This document shows positions 62,661 to 64,000 of a stretch of DNA of 64,000 bases, one piece after another; the first letter of the stretch is position 1, and the number at the start of each line of letters is the position of its first letter. The notes beneath the pieces were generated by a model that worked only from the letters and a program-made list of their open reading frames with translations, was not told the DNA's origin and searched no databases. A program made the translations under genes and the position numbers. Location: NCBI RefSeq assembly GCF_036365525.1, contig NC_090397.1, positions 35,221,679-35,285,678 on the forward strand. Reading direction: 5' to 3'. This DNA is from Heterodontus francisci. Taxonomy: Eukaryota.

Positions 62661-64000
62661 TCAATATCCTGACAGAGAAAGTAAAGAAAATCTACTTGAT
62701 ACCAAATAATATAAAGGATCTGACTACTGTCACAATTCATTGCTGTTCTCAAATAACCACGCCTTTTTTTTTCAAAAATAAAGATTAGACCGCCTCAGAC
62801 AGACTTTTTTTGGCTACCATTTAAAAGGGCCTGTTTTGCTAGTCTATTAATATTAACATACGCCTTCTAAGTATGTTATTTAATAGCAAATCTCCCATGA
62901 TATTGCTCAGTGAATCAGAAGTTTCTGCTTTTGCCGATGGGGGAATGATTTGGGCAACTCTAAGTGAAAGAATCTCAGAAAGTTTGTAAAAGATCCCCAA
63001 TGTATTTTGATTCATGGTAAATTATTAGTTTTTTCACCCCAGTTTAATTGTACTTGCCCTTCTTTGGTGGTGTTACATAATGAGACATTCCCCAGTTTAG
63101 AGGCCAGACTGGTGACTTCTTTTCAGATCTCATTCTGTAATTGCCAATATGACCTTATGCAAAAATGGCCTGGGATAAGTTACCACACTCCTTTTCATGA
63201 AGAATGTTGCTTCCCCGGCTGCCTTCCTCCCTCTGGTGATATTGTCTAACATCACAGTCTCTCTTTGTGGTACAGAATCATGATATGAATCAGTGTTCCA
63301 TTATTCTGTTTTGCCAAGCATCAGAAAACCAATCTACTGCACCGCTGGGCTGCCCTGCAGACTGTTGGTTGAAGAAATTATCTACCCTCATGCTTCAGGA
63401 TTACAAAAAAAATCAATACTTTCATGATAGACATTGATAAATGCACTAGCAGAGAAAGCATTGATGTATAGTGATGTTATGTCAGACTAATTCTTTACCT
63501 GAATTGTTCACTTTATTCTTTGTTCAATCTCAGCTCCCGTCTTTATATTAATCTTGAGCACTCTCCAGTCATTGCTCAGGATTATTTGTTTTCATTGCTT
63601 TGTTACAATATGTAATTGCAAATAAGGTCACCCCTTTTCAGCCAAGTTGTAGTGATGACAGCTTTGAATTCCAGTCCCTGATTGCTAACTCCAGGCAGCC
63701 TTTGGGTGGGTGGTGAGGTCAGTTGGAAACTTACCTGCTGCTGCAGACATCAGGCCCAGGCTATTCTAACTTCTGGGTTTCATTTAAATCCAACTCAATG
63801 CAGAGAGGGGAGCAGGACTTCAGCCTTGTAGACAGTGGGGAGAAAAGAACATATATCTGCAATTGCATGTGGCGAGTACTTTGCACACTAAGTGCTCCCC
63901 AGGTAATCCTTCCTTTCAGCTTGCAATTTTTTTTGGCTCTAAAACAGAACAAAAAACAGAAGAAGAAAAATTACAAAATGATCCTTTCACCACTGTAACT

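Overview
Vertebrate, repeat-dense intronic or intergenic DNA. The repeat inventory (CR1 with an esterase ORF1, Deu-type and tRNA SINEs, Penelope-type short elements, many Harbinger elements, SCAN-gag LTR elements) points to a cartilaginous fish such as a shark; this is inferred, not proven. No host gene could be recognised, and most ORFs in the track are transposon fragments or shadow frames. Main contents: a 5'-truncated RTE LINE; many nested CR1 and L2-group LINEs, including one full-length decayed CR1 (12766-17236); a two-gene Harbinger (32470-37078) carrying an 18x40-bp minisatellite; several Harbinger MITEs; five solo LTRs; a rearranged, RT-less Gmr1-like LTR element (37982-44872); and a complete decayed Gypsy element (49476-54072). 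Most worth following up: (1) short TSD-flanked retroposons that start at a hammerhead-ribozyme core with a covarying stem; (2) the chimeric Gmr1-like element; (3) two local templated duplications; (4) a hidden, highly diverged 31-bp tandem array at about 61.1-62.7 kb. Family names come from recognised motifs, not from database searches. Boundaries without TSDs are approximate.
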